A stretch of 64,000 nucleotides of DNA, taken from positions 62,001 to 126,000 of the forward strand of contig JAPEUD010000063.1 of assembly GCA_026026165.1 (NCBI GenBank), given 5' to 3'. Positions 1 through 13,371 of this stretch are shown here, piece by piece. Source of the DNA: Sarea resinae. Lineage: Eukaryota. The notes beneath the pieces were generated by a model. The model was not told where the DNA came from. It did no database searches and was given only the letters and a program-made list of their open reading frames with translations. The first letter of the stretch is position 1. Every line of letters starts with the position of its first letter. The position numbers and the translations under genes were made by a program.

Positions 1-3000
1 AACTTCGTGACCGTGCTCACTGCGAAGATGTTTCTTTTCCAGCGTAAAGGGGGAACTCGACCGCACTCCTTGCATTGCAAGGGACGTTTTCGAGTCAAGA
101 AAGAAACTAGACCTCAACAGTTGATGCCTATTGATTACAGCTTTGAAGGCAGCCTCGAAAGCGTCCACACGCAAAGGGCCATCGATCTGATAAGCCATGG
201 TCACGTTGTATGCGGTGGGATCCTCCAGGTACACCCTCAGGAACCAAAGTCGTTCCTGAGCAAAAGACATCCTCTCGACGTGCTGATAGGATTTGGTCGA
301 GAGTAAGGAGTCAAGCTCTACCAAACGAGCTTGACCGTTGGTTGGAAGCTCTTTGAGATTGGGCGTGCTATAATCTCCGCTCCTAGTGGAAATACTTCCT
401 CTTTCCGAATTATTGTCGTCGAAGAGTGATCCTGTATGAGACATGACGGAGCTGTCAAGCTCGCTTGGAGGAGTATCTCGATTGTCGTTTTCGGATTGAT
501 CAGCTTCCTCGACAGATATCTCTGGCACGGCAGACGGTTTGTCCGTCGTGATTTCAGCCTAAATGTTAATCAGCGTCAGCGCGGTGGGCGGAAGAATTCA
601 TATATTGTTTCAGACCTTTGGGGCATTGGCAACCTCAGCTGCCAAAGCTTCCTGTTTCGTTCTTCTCGCCGCCGCCTCACGACATAATTCAGTGACAGAG
701 GCCCCTCCGAGTATTTTGAGCACGGAGACGTCAACATCCGTCTCTTTCAGGAACCAAGAACGAATCTCAACCGCCATTAGAGAATCTACACCGAGATTGA
801 GAAGCGGCTGTGCTCTCTCTATATTGGCCGCAGGAACTTGTAGGATGCGCTCGAGTTTACCTACGAACGCATCTTCAATATATTGAATGGTTTCTTCGAG
901 TGTTTGTGCGTCCTTTAGTTGCTGCTTGAGCGACACCAATGCTGTGGAAGATAGATTTTGGCCGACTGACTCCTCGTGGAAAACGTAGTGCGAGAATCTG
1001 GGATTCTCATGCCAGAAGGCTTTATCACCGTCATCTTCAGTTTTCATGATTCGGTGCAGTCCAGTGATAACCTCTGGCTGCTGTCCGGAGTCAGGTCGAC
1101 CAGCCAGGATAGCATTTGCGAACATGCCATGGAAAAGCGATTCAGAGATGGGCATATAGTTGTATTTTCGCAGGGTCGACTCGTAAACCCCCGTCTGAGA
1201 TACGTAGCCAACACCAAGAACCATTCCAATATCGAGCACTGAAGCTGGTAGTCCATTCTGTCGGCGCCATGCGGCAAAGCTTGTCATAAACAAGTTGGCG
1301 GCTCCATAATTTGATTGCCCACGGTTACCGACGACGCTGGCCAGAGACGAGAACAGAATGAAGAAGTCAAGGTCTTTTTTAGGCAGACACTCGTGGAGAT
1401 TCTTGGTCCCGTCCACTTTAGGCTTCAAGACCTGAAGGAAATCTTGAATAGACAAGTCACCAAACAGCTTGTCTGATAGGACCATGGCCGCGTTAGCAAC
1501 CCCTGCGACTGGTGGTAGTGTACGAGAGATTTCGTCGCACACACGGATCAGCGCCGTTCTGTCGGAAACATCAAGTCCATAAACTTTGATGATTCCGCCC
1601 ATCTCGCGAAGTTCCTCAAGCCAAATTGAATCGACTGTACTGGCATTTCTGCTGGTGAGAACCAAGTACCTAGCGCCATTGCGAAGCATATATCTCGTTA
1701 GAGATTTTCCAAGGCCACCTGTGCAACCGGAGAGGAAATATGTCCTGTCATTCCTGAACAATTCGCTTGATATTATCGGTTTGACGATTGTTGGAACATT
1801 CCCAGCCTTTGTGAAATCAACCACGTAATGATACGGTTTCGGAGAAAGATCTGCAGCCAACTCCTGAAGTGTGATCTTGCTTGCCGTACACTTTTGTCGT
1901 CGGAGGAAGGCTGTTTCCGAGATAAGGTGAGCCTGAGATAGCTTGTCACGAAGCGAGAGTGTTTCCAAGGCCGAAGAAATCTTGGCTCCCTTATCGAATA
2001 GAGTTCGAATATGTTTCACAGTACATTCCGCCGGCAGACAGCCTTCGAGGTTCAGCACATTCTGACCAGTAGCTCCAGAGAAATCAAGCACCTCAAGGGT
2101 ATCTGGGGAAATCAACGCGCGGATCTCACGCTTAAGGGTGCGAGGATGAATAAAGTGGACGTCTTTGTGAGCTGATGAGTTTGATGAGATCGCCTGGGTA
2201 GAAATTCCCATTTCAGGAGCTCTTTGTGTGACGAGAGAGCCAAGAATGTCATCGGGCTCGACAAGAAGAATGCTTCTACCACTTGGAACATCCGCTAAGA
2301 TTTCGCTTGTTAGAAGATTCATGGCAACATTAAGTACTATAGCTTCCTCAGTTTCGGGGGCAATGCTGGCATAAGCCACACGAGAAGAAGGCACTTGGAT
2401 GATAGTCCCATTGGTCTCGGAAAGGGCCAATACTTGAGCACCAGCAGGAAGTTCTCCAGTGTTGCTGCTTCCAATTACCAGGCCAAGACAAACAAACAGG
2501 GATAGCCCTTCTGATAGGCGTATTGATGAGAGTAAGGAATGCGTCACCCGGATTGAGATAGTCTGATGAGCGACAACCTCTTTGATTGATGGCTGAACTT
2601 GTCTCAGGCTGATAATATTATCAGTCTGATCAATATGGATTGCTGTCTTTGAAGTATCCAACTGTTGCGTGATGGCTCTGTCTGCAGAGTTAAGTCGGTT
2701 GTTTAAGATTTGATTCGGCACGATCCGTGGAACCAGGGTTCTGTCATCTTCAATGACGAGCTCAGGTTCATTGGTCCACAACAACTTTTTCGAAGAGAGC
2801 TCGAGCTTATCAGCAGCAATCAATCTGAGAATGGCGGATACAACGTGGGCAGCTCTATCCTTGGCTTTTGCATCCAGATCGAGATATTGGAGGCGAATGT
2901 GGGAGTATTCGTAAATCAAAGATCTCCCAACCCCAATAGACATGTTTGCGTACGGATCGCTGTTTCGGCAACCGGAAGTAATCCACAACACTTGTCGAGC

Positions 3001-6000
3001 TTCGTTGAACATTCTTTGCATCCCCTGGAGCTTGGAAGAACTAAAAGATCTGAAGACGGGCTCATCTAGGTCGACAAGGCAGACAACGGCAGTGAGAGGC
3101 TCTCTCTTTGCGTCCCACTCCACTGCAGACAGACTTTCGAAGTCCTCGAAATGGCGTATTTGTGCGTTCCCCTTAGCCCGAAGAAGATCTGTGATATCCC
3201 CCAATGTCTTCGAAACATCTCGACTTTTGCCACCAATGACTGCAATTGTATCAAGTGGAAGGAGAGGAGAAGCAAATGAGAGAGGATCTCGGAGACAGTA
3301 AATATCATCGTCAACTGCTTGGGAGAGTATTACCGAAGTCATATGTTTAGAAGAATCCACCATGTCGTGAGCAATGTGGTCCACCCCGGAAAATCCTGTC
3401 TCCCTCAAAACAGAATCCCATTGCGCTTGCGTTATGGTCGGTGCATATCGGCGGCCATCATCACCGCCAAGCCACCAGCCGGGAAGGCCACTCATCATCA
3501 ATTTGACTCGCAGGATATCGCTGGTAATTTCAAGTAGAACGAGATAACCGCCTGGCTTGAGTAATTTCCGCACGTTTTGCATGGTGACCTTGAGAGATTT
3601 CGTAGCATGAAGAACGTTCGAAGCCACGATGAAATCATATGACTTCTCCTCATATCCTTGGGCGATAACATCTTCCTCGATATTCAGGGCTTTAAATTTC
3701 AACTTCGATGTCCAGTTGTGGAAAGCTTCTTGCGCTTTTTCGAAGAATCCTGTCGATATGTCCGTGTAGGCATACGAGCCAAAAGTTTGACCCAGCGACT
3801 CAAGAATGCCTTTCGTAGCGCCGCCAGTTCCTGCACCAATCTCAAGTATATCCATATCTGGATAACGATGAGCAACTTGTTTCGTAATGGCTGATAATAT
3901 CGCGTTTGCACGTTCAAAACCAAGACCGTATTTATAGACGCGGTTTAGCATATCATTTTCAATCATATGCTCTAGCATAGATGTTTCGCCCCTGACGACT
4001 GCCGGAAGATTCCTTCCGACAGCTGAGATGAGTTGGACATCGATCTGCTCGGAATACTTTGCTGCCTGAGAAAATAGATATGCTTCTGAATCATGCGACC
4101 ACTCCTTAAGTATCGTCGGGTGTCGACCGCTCTCGATCAGTGGAAAAAGATAGTCGATGAACTCGAAAATCCGTTGATGGTTCCACACGAAGGAGGGCAC
4201 ATCCTCCCGCGGGATTTGTTTGTCTAGATTTCGTAGGTAGTAATATGCCAGTCGCTCACACAATTCGACAAGTTCGAGATGAACTGGGCTGTCTTCTTGT
4301 TCACTCGGCACGTCGATCCCGCTCGCGATGTCGGTGTTCCAGACAGTCTCGGCATACAGCTGACGATCATTGGCCGGTCCTGGACGATCTAACAAAGTAC
4401 ATTTCAGCTCTTCCACTTGAACCCTGAGGCGACCAGTTCCGGTGTTAGAGATTTCAACATCCGCAACTACTGTGTCAGAGGTGGACCCAGTGACACAACA
4501 GTCAATTCCGATGTTCTGTTCGGCTGCGTCTCGCAAATCAGAACCAGCGACGCGAATGCGCCTGATATTTGTTGGCACATATGGCGACCGAAGAGTCCCA
4601 TCTCCCGGCCAGCAGAAGGCTGCAAAAATGGTTTGGAAAGAGCAATCTAGTAAAGCCGGGTGAATCATATACTTGTCGTTCTCTTCAGATATGTCGCGAG
4701 CTAGACCATGCGACTGGAACATCTTTCGATCGACCGAGCCTAATCCTTGAAACAGCCCACTGTAGCTGAGGCCAATGTCGGATAGAGAAGAGTAGAAGCG
4801 GTCAATGTCGATGGATGTTAGATTCTGGGCTGTCACCTTTGGAGGTGGCAGTGTATCCGGGTCTGGGTCTCCCAAGAAGACCTGCAAACGGCCAGAGACA
4901 TTTTTAGTCCAGGAATCTGAATTATTGGCACCAGAAGAGAAGCAAGAGAAGTCGGCTGTGATTGTACTCTCCGTTTGTTCAACCATTTTCAGATTAAAGG
5001 TGACTTCTGCTCCAGAATCTTCGTCAAGTGCAATGGCGCGCAAGATTTCTACATCTTGGAGCTCCACCAATTGTATAGGACGGTCCCTTGCAAGCTCCTT
5101 CGATGATTCCATTGCCATTACCAGATACCCAGCTGCCGGAAAGATAACCTGGCTCTGCACTTGATGGCCGACTAACCACGGGACTTCCTCTAGTCGGATG
5201 ACGTTGCGCCAACGCATATCTTGATCCAAATCGTCCGGGCACCGACTACCCAATAAGTCATGTCTAGGTCGGTCGCGCAATCGATAGTTTTTGGATGCAC
5301 GAGATTCTTTCCAAAATGTCCTCTCATGGTCCCAGCTGTAGCGAGGTAGAGATGATAGCAGTTGAGTGGACGGCTTCGATGCAATTCCGAACGCAAGTTG
5401 ATATTGGCCAAAGTCAACCGCTTCCGAACCAGCAATTATCCAAAGGTATCCGAGGGCATTCGATAGGGATTCGACGTCGTTATCGCCTCGTGAAAGAGTG
5501 CCGTTATAGGGTAAGTCTTTCCCAGTGATCGCCTTGAATGTTTGCGTCGTCGGGCCCTTGAGGGCAGGGTGCGGTCCAATTTCGAGAGCGAGGTCAAGTT
5601 GTCCTTGGCTGAGTTCAATCGTTTTCTCTATAGCCTGAGAGAAGAGAACAGGATTGACCATGTTATCATTCCAGTATTCATGGCTCAGCATAGCCAACGT
5701 ATCCTCGCTTCCAATTTGTCTGCCGTGCACACTCGAGATCCAGAGACACGTAGGCTTCTTTGGCGCAATGTTGCACGCTTTGAGTGATTGAAGATAAGGA
5801 GCTGCGCAAGCTTGCATGTGATGCGAGTGGTATGCAGTGTCAACCTTCAATAGTCTCGCAAACGTCTTCTCTTCATCGAAGACCTGTTTTGCTTCTTGAA
5901 TAGCATCTTCATCGCCAGACAGAGTTACAGTCTTGGGGGCATTGCTCGCTGCCACGTCAATTCGACCAGCGAATTCTGGACGTGCGCAGAATTTTCGGCC

Positions 6001-8124
6001 CTCATCATAAGGGATACCTACCGCCATCATAGCACCGATGCCTCCAGATGCGTTGCGGGCCAGCTTTGCATGGAAACCGCGGTAATATGCAATTTTAATC
6101 GCTTCGGGCGCCGTGATAATCCCCGCGGCGTAAGCAGCTCCAATTTCACCGGATGAATGGCCCACGACTGCGTGGAACTCGACGCCAGCCAGAACCAAGA
6201 GATCCACTAGCATGAGCTGAACGGCAGTACATATCGGCTGAGAATAAGCCGCCTCGCTCAAGTTTGAGGATTCATCCATCAATATCTGAATTATTGACCA
6301 GGACGGCCCATCTGGAAGTTCGGCGAGCGCCTCATCGAGTCTAGCTAGAGACTCTCTTGCTTTATGAGAAGCGACGATAAGATCGCGGGCCATGCCTGGC
6401 CACTGCGCTCCTTGTCCAGTGAACACCCAGAGAAGACGAGGACCTTCATCTGACGGAGTGATTGGCGACCTATGACCAAACCAGGCTGGAGGGCTTCCTC
6501 TTGTCTTTTCTACCGCAGCCTCCATCTTCGAGAGTATCTTTTCCCGATTCAGTCCCGAAAAGATAGTTCTGAAAGAATGTTGCGTTCGTCGTTGCGTCAA
6601 GGCCCAAGCAATATCTTCTAACTTGACAGAATCGTCAGACCTCAAGAAGGATATGTAAGCGCTGACCGAGGACGCCAATGACGTCTGTGACGAGGCAGAA
6701 AATGCCAAAGGAATGGGGAATAATCTAGACGCCGAAGCTGGCTTCAGACGAAGCGAATCTGGATCTTCAAAGCTCTCTAATATAACATGCGCATTGGTTC
6801 CACCAAAACCGAAGGAGTTGACACTCGCCCGACGAACTTGGCCAGGAGCCAGCTCTGGCCAAGGCTGATTTTCAGTCGGCAGTTGCAGGTGATGATACAA
6901 TGGAGTAATCTGGGGATTGAGCCGTTCGAAGAGCATGTTCAAAGGAATGGTCCCTCTCCTCAACGCCTCAGAAGCTTTGATGATACCCGCGAGTCCGGCA
7001 CAGCCTTCGAGATGGCCGATCGTCGTTTTAACGGAACCGACGAACAATGGAGAGCTTTCCCGAGAGCTCACACGATCTGCAGATTCAGTTCCTTCAGGGA
7101 AAAAAGCATCACGGATCGCCCGAGCCTCGATTGGATCTCCAGCTGGTGTACCGGTTCCATGAGCTTCGAAATATTGACATCGGTCAGTTCTAACATCCAA
7201 CCCTGCTTTCGCATATGTCTGCCGAATCAAAGCCGTCTGAGAAGAAGCACTGGGCATAGTTATCCCCTGAGTATGACCGTCCTGATTGACCCCAGTTTCT
7301 CGGATAATACATTCAATGTGATCGCCATCGGCAAGGGCCTGGGACAGGGTTTTGAGAATAACGGCAGCAAACCCTTCACCGCGAGCATAGCCATCTGCAG
7401 ATGCATCCCACATACGAGACCGGCCAGTAGGTGACAGCATGTGCAATTTGGACTCTGAGATCATCATCTCTGGTCCTAGGATCAAATTGGCCCCTGCGGC
7501 AACGGCGACATTTGATTCGCCAGCACGAAGACTTCCCACGGCATGATGCAGAGCCACCAAACTCGAAGAACATGCAGTATCAATAGTCATAGAAGGGCCC
7601 TTCCAGTCGAAGAAGTATGACACTCGATTCGAAATGATGCTTCGTGCCGTCCCTGTCGCTGTGTACTTCGGCATCGTTTCGGGATCTCTGGCTTGCAGCT
7701 CATAATAGTCGCCGTTCATCAACCCGACGTAGACGGAAGTGTTCGACCCCTGCATCTCATCGATAGTAAAACCACCAGCCTCCATGGCTTCGTAAACTAT
7801 CTCGAGGAGAATCCTCTGCTGTGGGTCGATGGCTTCGGCTTCTCGTGGATTGATTTTGAAAAATTCCGAGTCGAATCGGCGATGCTCGTCGTCGTCCCCA
7901 AGGAGATACGCTTTGTCGACGTTGGTACATCCATGCCTTTCGCCGTCTGGGTGGTAAAAGCCTCTCGTGTCAAATCGGGTCTTGGGTATCTTCATCATCA
8001 AGTCTCTCCTTTCGGAGATGGCGTCCCAAAGCTTAGAAGGAGAGTTGATATCGCCGGGAAAGCGGCAGCCAACGCCAACAATGGCGATGGGCTCCGGTTG
8101 TCGGATTTCTGGAAGGACAGTCAT
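1..8124 (-). CDS. Hybrid PKS-NRPS (KS-AT-DH-cMT-ER0-KR-ACP-C...), 3'-truncated by window edge; FUS1/LUC5/NGS1-like
   Basis: First ATG at 8124. Motifs: KS DTACSSS/HGTGT/GHLEG, AT GHSSG/AYHSH, DH HQVQSQVIFP, MT LEIGAGTGG, KR GCTGGLG/YGAAN, ACP GVDSL. No recognisable ER nucleotide-binding motif. The ORF-track stop at 610 lies in a GT..AG intron (615-559). The next exon (558-1) reads ...MSFAQERLWFLRVYLEDPTAYNVTMAYQIDGPLRVDAFEAAFKAVINRHQLLRSSF..., the start of an NRPS condensation domain. Confidence 0.93.
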
Positions 8125-8562
8125 GTCGCTCAAGTTGTTGAAAATAGATAGTAATAGTTGAGGCTGAGCGTTTTTGACTGATTATGTTCTGTTAAAAGGG
8201 TGAGCTGGTATCAAGCATCTCTTGCACGATGCACTTACAAATAACGTCCGCTCGATCTCATAAGGACGTGAGTCTAGTCAGCAAGATTTCTGGAAAATAG
8301 CTTGCAAACAAGAAAATACATTTCTATAGAGAAAGCAAACCCTGTCCAATCCGGATTCGTGTTATTTTGGCCAGAACAACAATTGACGCGTTCCAAGCAA
8401 CGGATGTTGCAAACCACCGAATAATTCCCCGATTTCTCCGATCACTAACGATTCCACCGATTCCACGCGAGTTTATCGCCATGATTTCGACGTCAATGGC
8501 GTCAGCAACTTCATACCTCCTTCTTGCATCGTCACAGCGGAAATACTGGTGGGATATTCAAC

Positions 8563-9879
8563 ATGTTCAGATTCTTCAAATCCGACTTTTTCGACTTCGA
8601 ATTTCTGCGAGTCATCGGCACTGCGCCCGTGCTGGGGGCTGAGATCGGCGAATGCCTGGAGGTAGCTGCCCTCATCACAGACGGAAACATTGAAAGCTGG
8701 TACAGCGCGTGGACTCTGGCAGCCAGAAAAGCAGAAGTTCTAGGGGAAGAGGCAATACAGCACAAAGACAGGGAAGGTGCAAAATGGGCATATCTCCGAG
8801 CATTCAACTATTGGCGAGCGAGTGAATTTTTCTTGCACTGCAACCCTCAGGACCCTCGGATCCTAGAAGTGTACGATAAGAGCGTCGTCAATTTCAAGAA
8901 AGGGGTGTCTTTACTGGACGGAGCAGTGCACTTCCTTGACATTCCGTACGAGGGGACCACCAAGTTCCCCGGCTACCTCTTCCTGCCACCAAAAGAGAAG
9001 CAACTCAAGAATGCGAAGATACCTTTGATCGTCCACACGGGAGGGTTTGACTCGACGCAAGAGGAACTGTATTTTTACGTTGCATCTGGAGCGACTTCGC
9101 GCGGCTATGCCGTGCTCATCTTCGATGGGCCTGGACAAGGCAAGATTTTGCGCCACGATAAGATCAGTTTCCGGCCAGATTGGGAGTATGTGACTGGGAA
9201 AGTCCTCGACTACGTCGTCAGCACTTTGATCCCCGAGCAGTCTCGGCAAGGATCGGATTTGGATGCATCCCGAATCGCCATTTTCGGGGCGTCCATGGGA
9301 GGCTATCTCGCTCTTCGAGGTGCAGCCGATCCGCGCATCAAGGCGGCAATCTCCTGTGACGGGTTTTACGATCTATTCGATATCACGAGGAGTCGCATGC
9401 CGCCGTGGTTTATCAACGCCTGGGTCAGTGGCCGGATGGGCGACGGCATCTTCAATTGGGTAGTAAACATCCTCGGCCGCCATAATTTCCAACTAGCCTG
9501 GGAATTCGGCCATGGGAAGTGGACATTTGGAGTCGGCACGCCGGCAGATGTGCTGCGTGCCATGCAGCGCTTCACCTTGAAGCTGGCGAGAGACGACGTT
9601 GACAAGGACGACACAGAGGACAAGGAGTTCCTCGCGCAGGTCCATTGTCCGGTTCTCGTCACGGGTGCCGCAGACACAATGTACTTTACGCCCGACCTCA
9701 ACGCTCGTCGGATCTACACGAAGCTCGATCACTTGGACGACCTGGAGGGCGCCGAGCGGAAACTGTGGGTTGCTGAAGGTCCTGCCGCTGGAGGTCTTCA
9801 GGCAAAGATCGCAGCCATCGGTATCAAGCAGCAACGGCTGTTCGCGTGGTTGGATGAGCAATTCGGCGTTGCGAGGTGA
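8563..9879 (+). CDS. Alpha/beta hydrolase, FUS2/PsoB-like (2,6-dihydropseudooxynicotine hydrolase family)
   Basis: Intronless from ATG 8563 (MFRFFKSDFFDFEFLR). Motifs GGFDSTQEE, FDGPGQG, RPDWE and nucleophile GASMGG. Divergent from the PKS-NRPS. Confidence 0.88.
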   Translation: MFRFFKSDFFDFEFLRVIGTAPVLGAEIGECLEVAALITDGNIESWYSAWTLAARKAEVLGEEAIQHKDREGAKWAYLRAFNYWRASEFFLHCNPQDPRILEVYDKSVVNFKKGVSLLDGAVHFLDIPYEGTTKFPGYLFLPPKEKQLKNAKIPLIVHTGGFDSTQEELYFYVASGATSRGYAVLIFDGPGQGKILRHDKISFRPDWEYVTGKVLDYVVSTLIPEQSRQGSDLDASRIAIFGASMGGYLALRGAADPRIKAAISCDGFYDLFDITRSRMPPWFINAWVSGRMGDGIFNWVVNILGRHNFQLAWEFGHGKWTFGVGTPADVLRAMQRFTLKLARDDVDKDDTEDKEFLAQVHCPVLVTGAADTMYFTPDLNARRIYTKLDHLDDLEGAERKLWVAEGPAAGGLQAKIAAIGIKQQRLFAWLDEQFGVAR

Positions 9880-10392
9880 GAGCTGGAAGTCCGGCAGGGC
9901 GACATAGAATTTGGACTGATACAGCTTGGATTCGAGGTTGGTCGGATCAGGGACGTGACAGTGGTAAACCCGAAGAGGCGGGAGGCGCCGTGCGGAGCAG
10001 ATGGGTAGATTAGATATTGTGCGATTAGATCAAATCAGATCAGATTAGCCCCATCGGCCCGCTTACTGCGTAACGTCAATATTGACCGAAGCGTTGGTTG
10101 GAAGCCTCACTCGAAAGCTCGGCCCTGGTAATTCACCGACTGTCCAACTCGGGCGCTTCAGACTTCGGGCATTATATTTCTTTCCCACCGACGAGCAATA
10201 TCAACATGGATCTCGTTGACCATGAATCGTCTTGCCTAAGGCGGGGAAGCGCGCCTATACTTTTATCCATCACCCTCAAGCCCGCGTCCTAGTCCGCCTG
10301 CTATCCCGCACGACAATACACTGACCGTCCCGGCTTCTCTTCTCTTGGATCTCCCAATTTCCATTGCAGAGACCACTCACCCGTCCGTAAAG

Positions 10393-11180
10393 ATGGCTCC
10401 CTTCGGAATCCTATATAGCTATGTGCCCAACGCGCGCATCTTGAAGGTAAGACCAAGCATCGCCCCCATGGTCCCTGCCCTCCTGCACATTCACACACTC
10501 ACTCAATATTCATCCGAATCTAATATATCCAGATCCAAGCAGCGGCGCGTCTGAACAATCTCGAGCTCGAGCTCGCCCCGGACTTTGCCTTTGGGCAAAC
10601 GAACCGGTCTCCCGAATTCCTCGCCAAATTCCCGCTAGGCAAGGTGCCCGCGCTGACGTGCGCGGCATCCTCGGAGGCGGCGGCGGGGGCCTCGGAGGAC
10701 ATACATCTGGTCGAGTCCGACGCCATCGCGCAGTTCGTGGCCGAGAGCGGGCCATTGTCGTCGCAGCTGCTGGGGGCGGGGCCCCTGCAGCGCGCGCAAA
10801 TCAGGCAGTGGATCTCGTTTGCCAGCGGCGAGGTCATGGACCATGTGTTGCCGTTGGTCGGGTGGCGCGTGGGCATGGGGCCGTACGATGCGGCGGTCGA
10901 GTCGCGGGCTCTGGCTGCGCTGGAGAGGGCGCTAGGGTGTCTGGAGGCCCATCTCAAGGTGGGCAGGACGTGGCTTGCGACGAGCGAGAAGCTCTCCCTG
11001 GCTGATCTCTCGCTGGCCTCGTCTTTGTACTGGGCCTTCATGCAGGTCATTGATCAGGCAATGAGAGAGAAGTATCCGCGTGCTGTGGAGTGGTATCGAC
11101 GCACCGTTGGGAGCCAAGGTGTCAAAGACGTCTTCGGAGAGCCGATTTTCGTTGAGCAGCGGAAGGAATTCAAGCAGTAG
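10393..11180 (+). CDS. Glutathione S-transferase-like protein, EF1-gamma N-terminal type (FUS3/PsoE-like)
   Basis: Exon 1 MAPFGILYSYVPNARILK, intron 10447-10532, then EFLAKFPLGKVP...ESDAI...QIRQW...SLADL. There is no EF1G C-terminal domain. Confidence 0.88.
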
Positions 11181-11354
11181 CACCTACGATCTATCACAAG
11201 GAAACTTTTGGGTTGACAGCTATACTAGAACAAAATGGTATCGTTTTTTTTACTATCAAATGTAGCTACATATTTCTGACTGTAAAGCTCACTCTTACGA
11301 TCACACTTCCGCGGCGCATTGAAATGCTATGAAAGAGCCAGCAGGCAACGTCAT

Positions 11355-13030
11355 TCAATACCCCTTCCTCGGCTTGAACTTGATCAAATACTTCCCAGCT
11401 TTAAGCTGCAAGGCAACTCGAAACATGGTGGATTCATCCTGACCGGGCAGGTACTCCAGATCAAATCTGCGCAACAGTCCTATGACCGAGAGATAAATCT
11501 CCTGCACAGCAAAGTGCTTTCCAATGCAGTTCCGACTTCCGGCCGAGAAAGGATAGTACGGCATCTCGCTCACGTGTCCCTTCATCTCGAGCCAGCGTTC
11601 GGGGACGAACTCTTCAGCATTGTCCCAGAGCTGCGGGTCCAGATGCAGGACCGCGGTGGTTGGGAAGATAGTCGTGCCCTTGGGGACATGGTATCCCATG
11701 ATCATCATGTCCTGGGTTGCCTCTCGCGGGCTTCCGGCCGCCATGGCGGGAAAGAGGCGCATCGTCTCGTCGACGCAGGCCTGGAAATAGCGCAGTTCGA
11801 TCTCGGTGGTCGTTTCTTTGGTAGGGTCAGGATAGGCGGTATCGATCTCCTGCTGCAGCTTCAAGAGCTTCTCGGGATGCTTTGCAAGGAGCATCAAGAG
11901 GAAGATCTCCGCGTTGGCAGTGGTCTCGCTTCCAGCGGTTAGGAGGATCACGGTCTCGTCTTGCAGGTCGGAGGTGCGGAAAGTCGACCCCGGCGAGTCG
12001 TCTACCGCCTCTACCAGTTTCTGCAACAGGTCGTGCTTCGGATTCGTCTCGAGCTCCTTCTTTCTGTCGACCACAATTTGGCGGGTGAACTCGTCGATGT
12101 ACGGCTCACGGGAGGGGAAGCCGGGCAATCCTTTCAGCCAAGGGACGAATTGGAAAATACCCGAGAGCAAGAGGCCGCGTTCGATCTTGGCCGGGAGAGG
12201 ATGGTGGCCATTCTCCACCAAGTTGAAGGACTGGCCAAAGGTCGTGACGCCGATGACATCGACCGCAAGTGACCGAATGAGATGATGCACATCGACCACC
12301 GCAGAGCCTTCAGCAGCACATACACTGTCCAGCCGTCGAAGCGCAACGTCAACACAATCACGCATCATGGGTTGCAATCCTCGAATATACCGAAGCCCAA
12401 ACATGGAGGAAACCAGCCTCCTGCGCACTCCATAGGCTTTCTTGTCCGTGAACGAGACCAGAGTGGGACGGGCTGGATCTTGGCGAAAGTTGACATAGAT
12501 GATTGATGATTTGGGCAAGTCCTCGGTGACGAGAATCCGTCGTATCTCCTGTGGATCCGAGATGGATATCATACCGGGTGCCAGCACCACGATCGGTCCA
12601 TATCGTTTGTGAAGGTCAAGCGTCACCGAATGGCTGTAGAATTCAGTGGTCAGTATGCTGTCCGAATCTGTATATATTTCAGAAGATATCTCATTCTCGT
12701 ACCTCTGTCCCTTTGTGATGGCAATGACAAATGGCCATTCGGACAGCTTATTGAGCCAAGGGCCAGGTATAGCTTTCAAGGGCGACAAGAACGCTTGGAA
12801 AATCTAGGTCGTAGTCAGCTTTCACGAACAGATAGATATATTTCGTGATAATAGCCGTTCGGCGACGTAGGAATCGGCCGACAGACCTTCCACAGCCTTG
12901 GAACCAGAAACCACACAGCGCTACAGATGACGAAGGTCTTCAGAGTCAGATAACTGGGGTCGATCTTCTCACGTAGCAGCTGGTTGAATTGAGTAAACAA
13001 ATCAGGTAGATCGGGAGTGAGGTTCGCCAT
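11355..13030 (-). CDS. Cytochrome P450 monooxygenase (FUS8-like by context)
   Basis: ATG 13030 with N-terminal TM anchor. Introns about 12886-12804 and 12702-12634. Motifs IPGP, AGSETT, ETMR, PERW and heme motif PFSAGSRNCIG. Confidence 0.92.
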
Positions 13031-13371
13031 TGTCAAGAAAATGCGAAGAAATTGACGACCACCGGCCGGGACAAGAAAACCGAGAAAATGAGGGCCATCG
13101 GGAAGTCCTTTTACCTTTCGCTCGGGAGCGCTGATGCAACATTTGGTCGGCGGTGCTCGTCTGCATCTGTGCCTGGTGGATGCGGGTGTCTGCGTTCCCC
13201 GTGCCCGAAACACGCCGAAAATGAGATGTTCATCGGAGAATAAGTGATCATTCTCTGCCCACCACCAACACCGAATATCTCCATAGTAAGGCCGTGGCCA
13301 GACCTTTCCTGACCGGTATACTCATTATATGAGCGTTTGCCACAGAAGAAAAAGAAGTAAGAGGGTTCGAG

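Noticed and set aside
6787..7434. 215-aa + strand ORF and other ORFs inside the PKS-NRPS
   Set aside because: Antisense shadow of the KS domain with no independent motifs.
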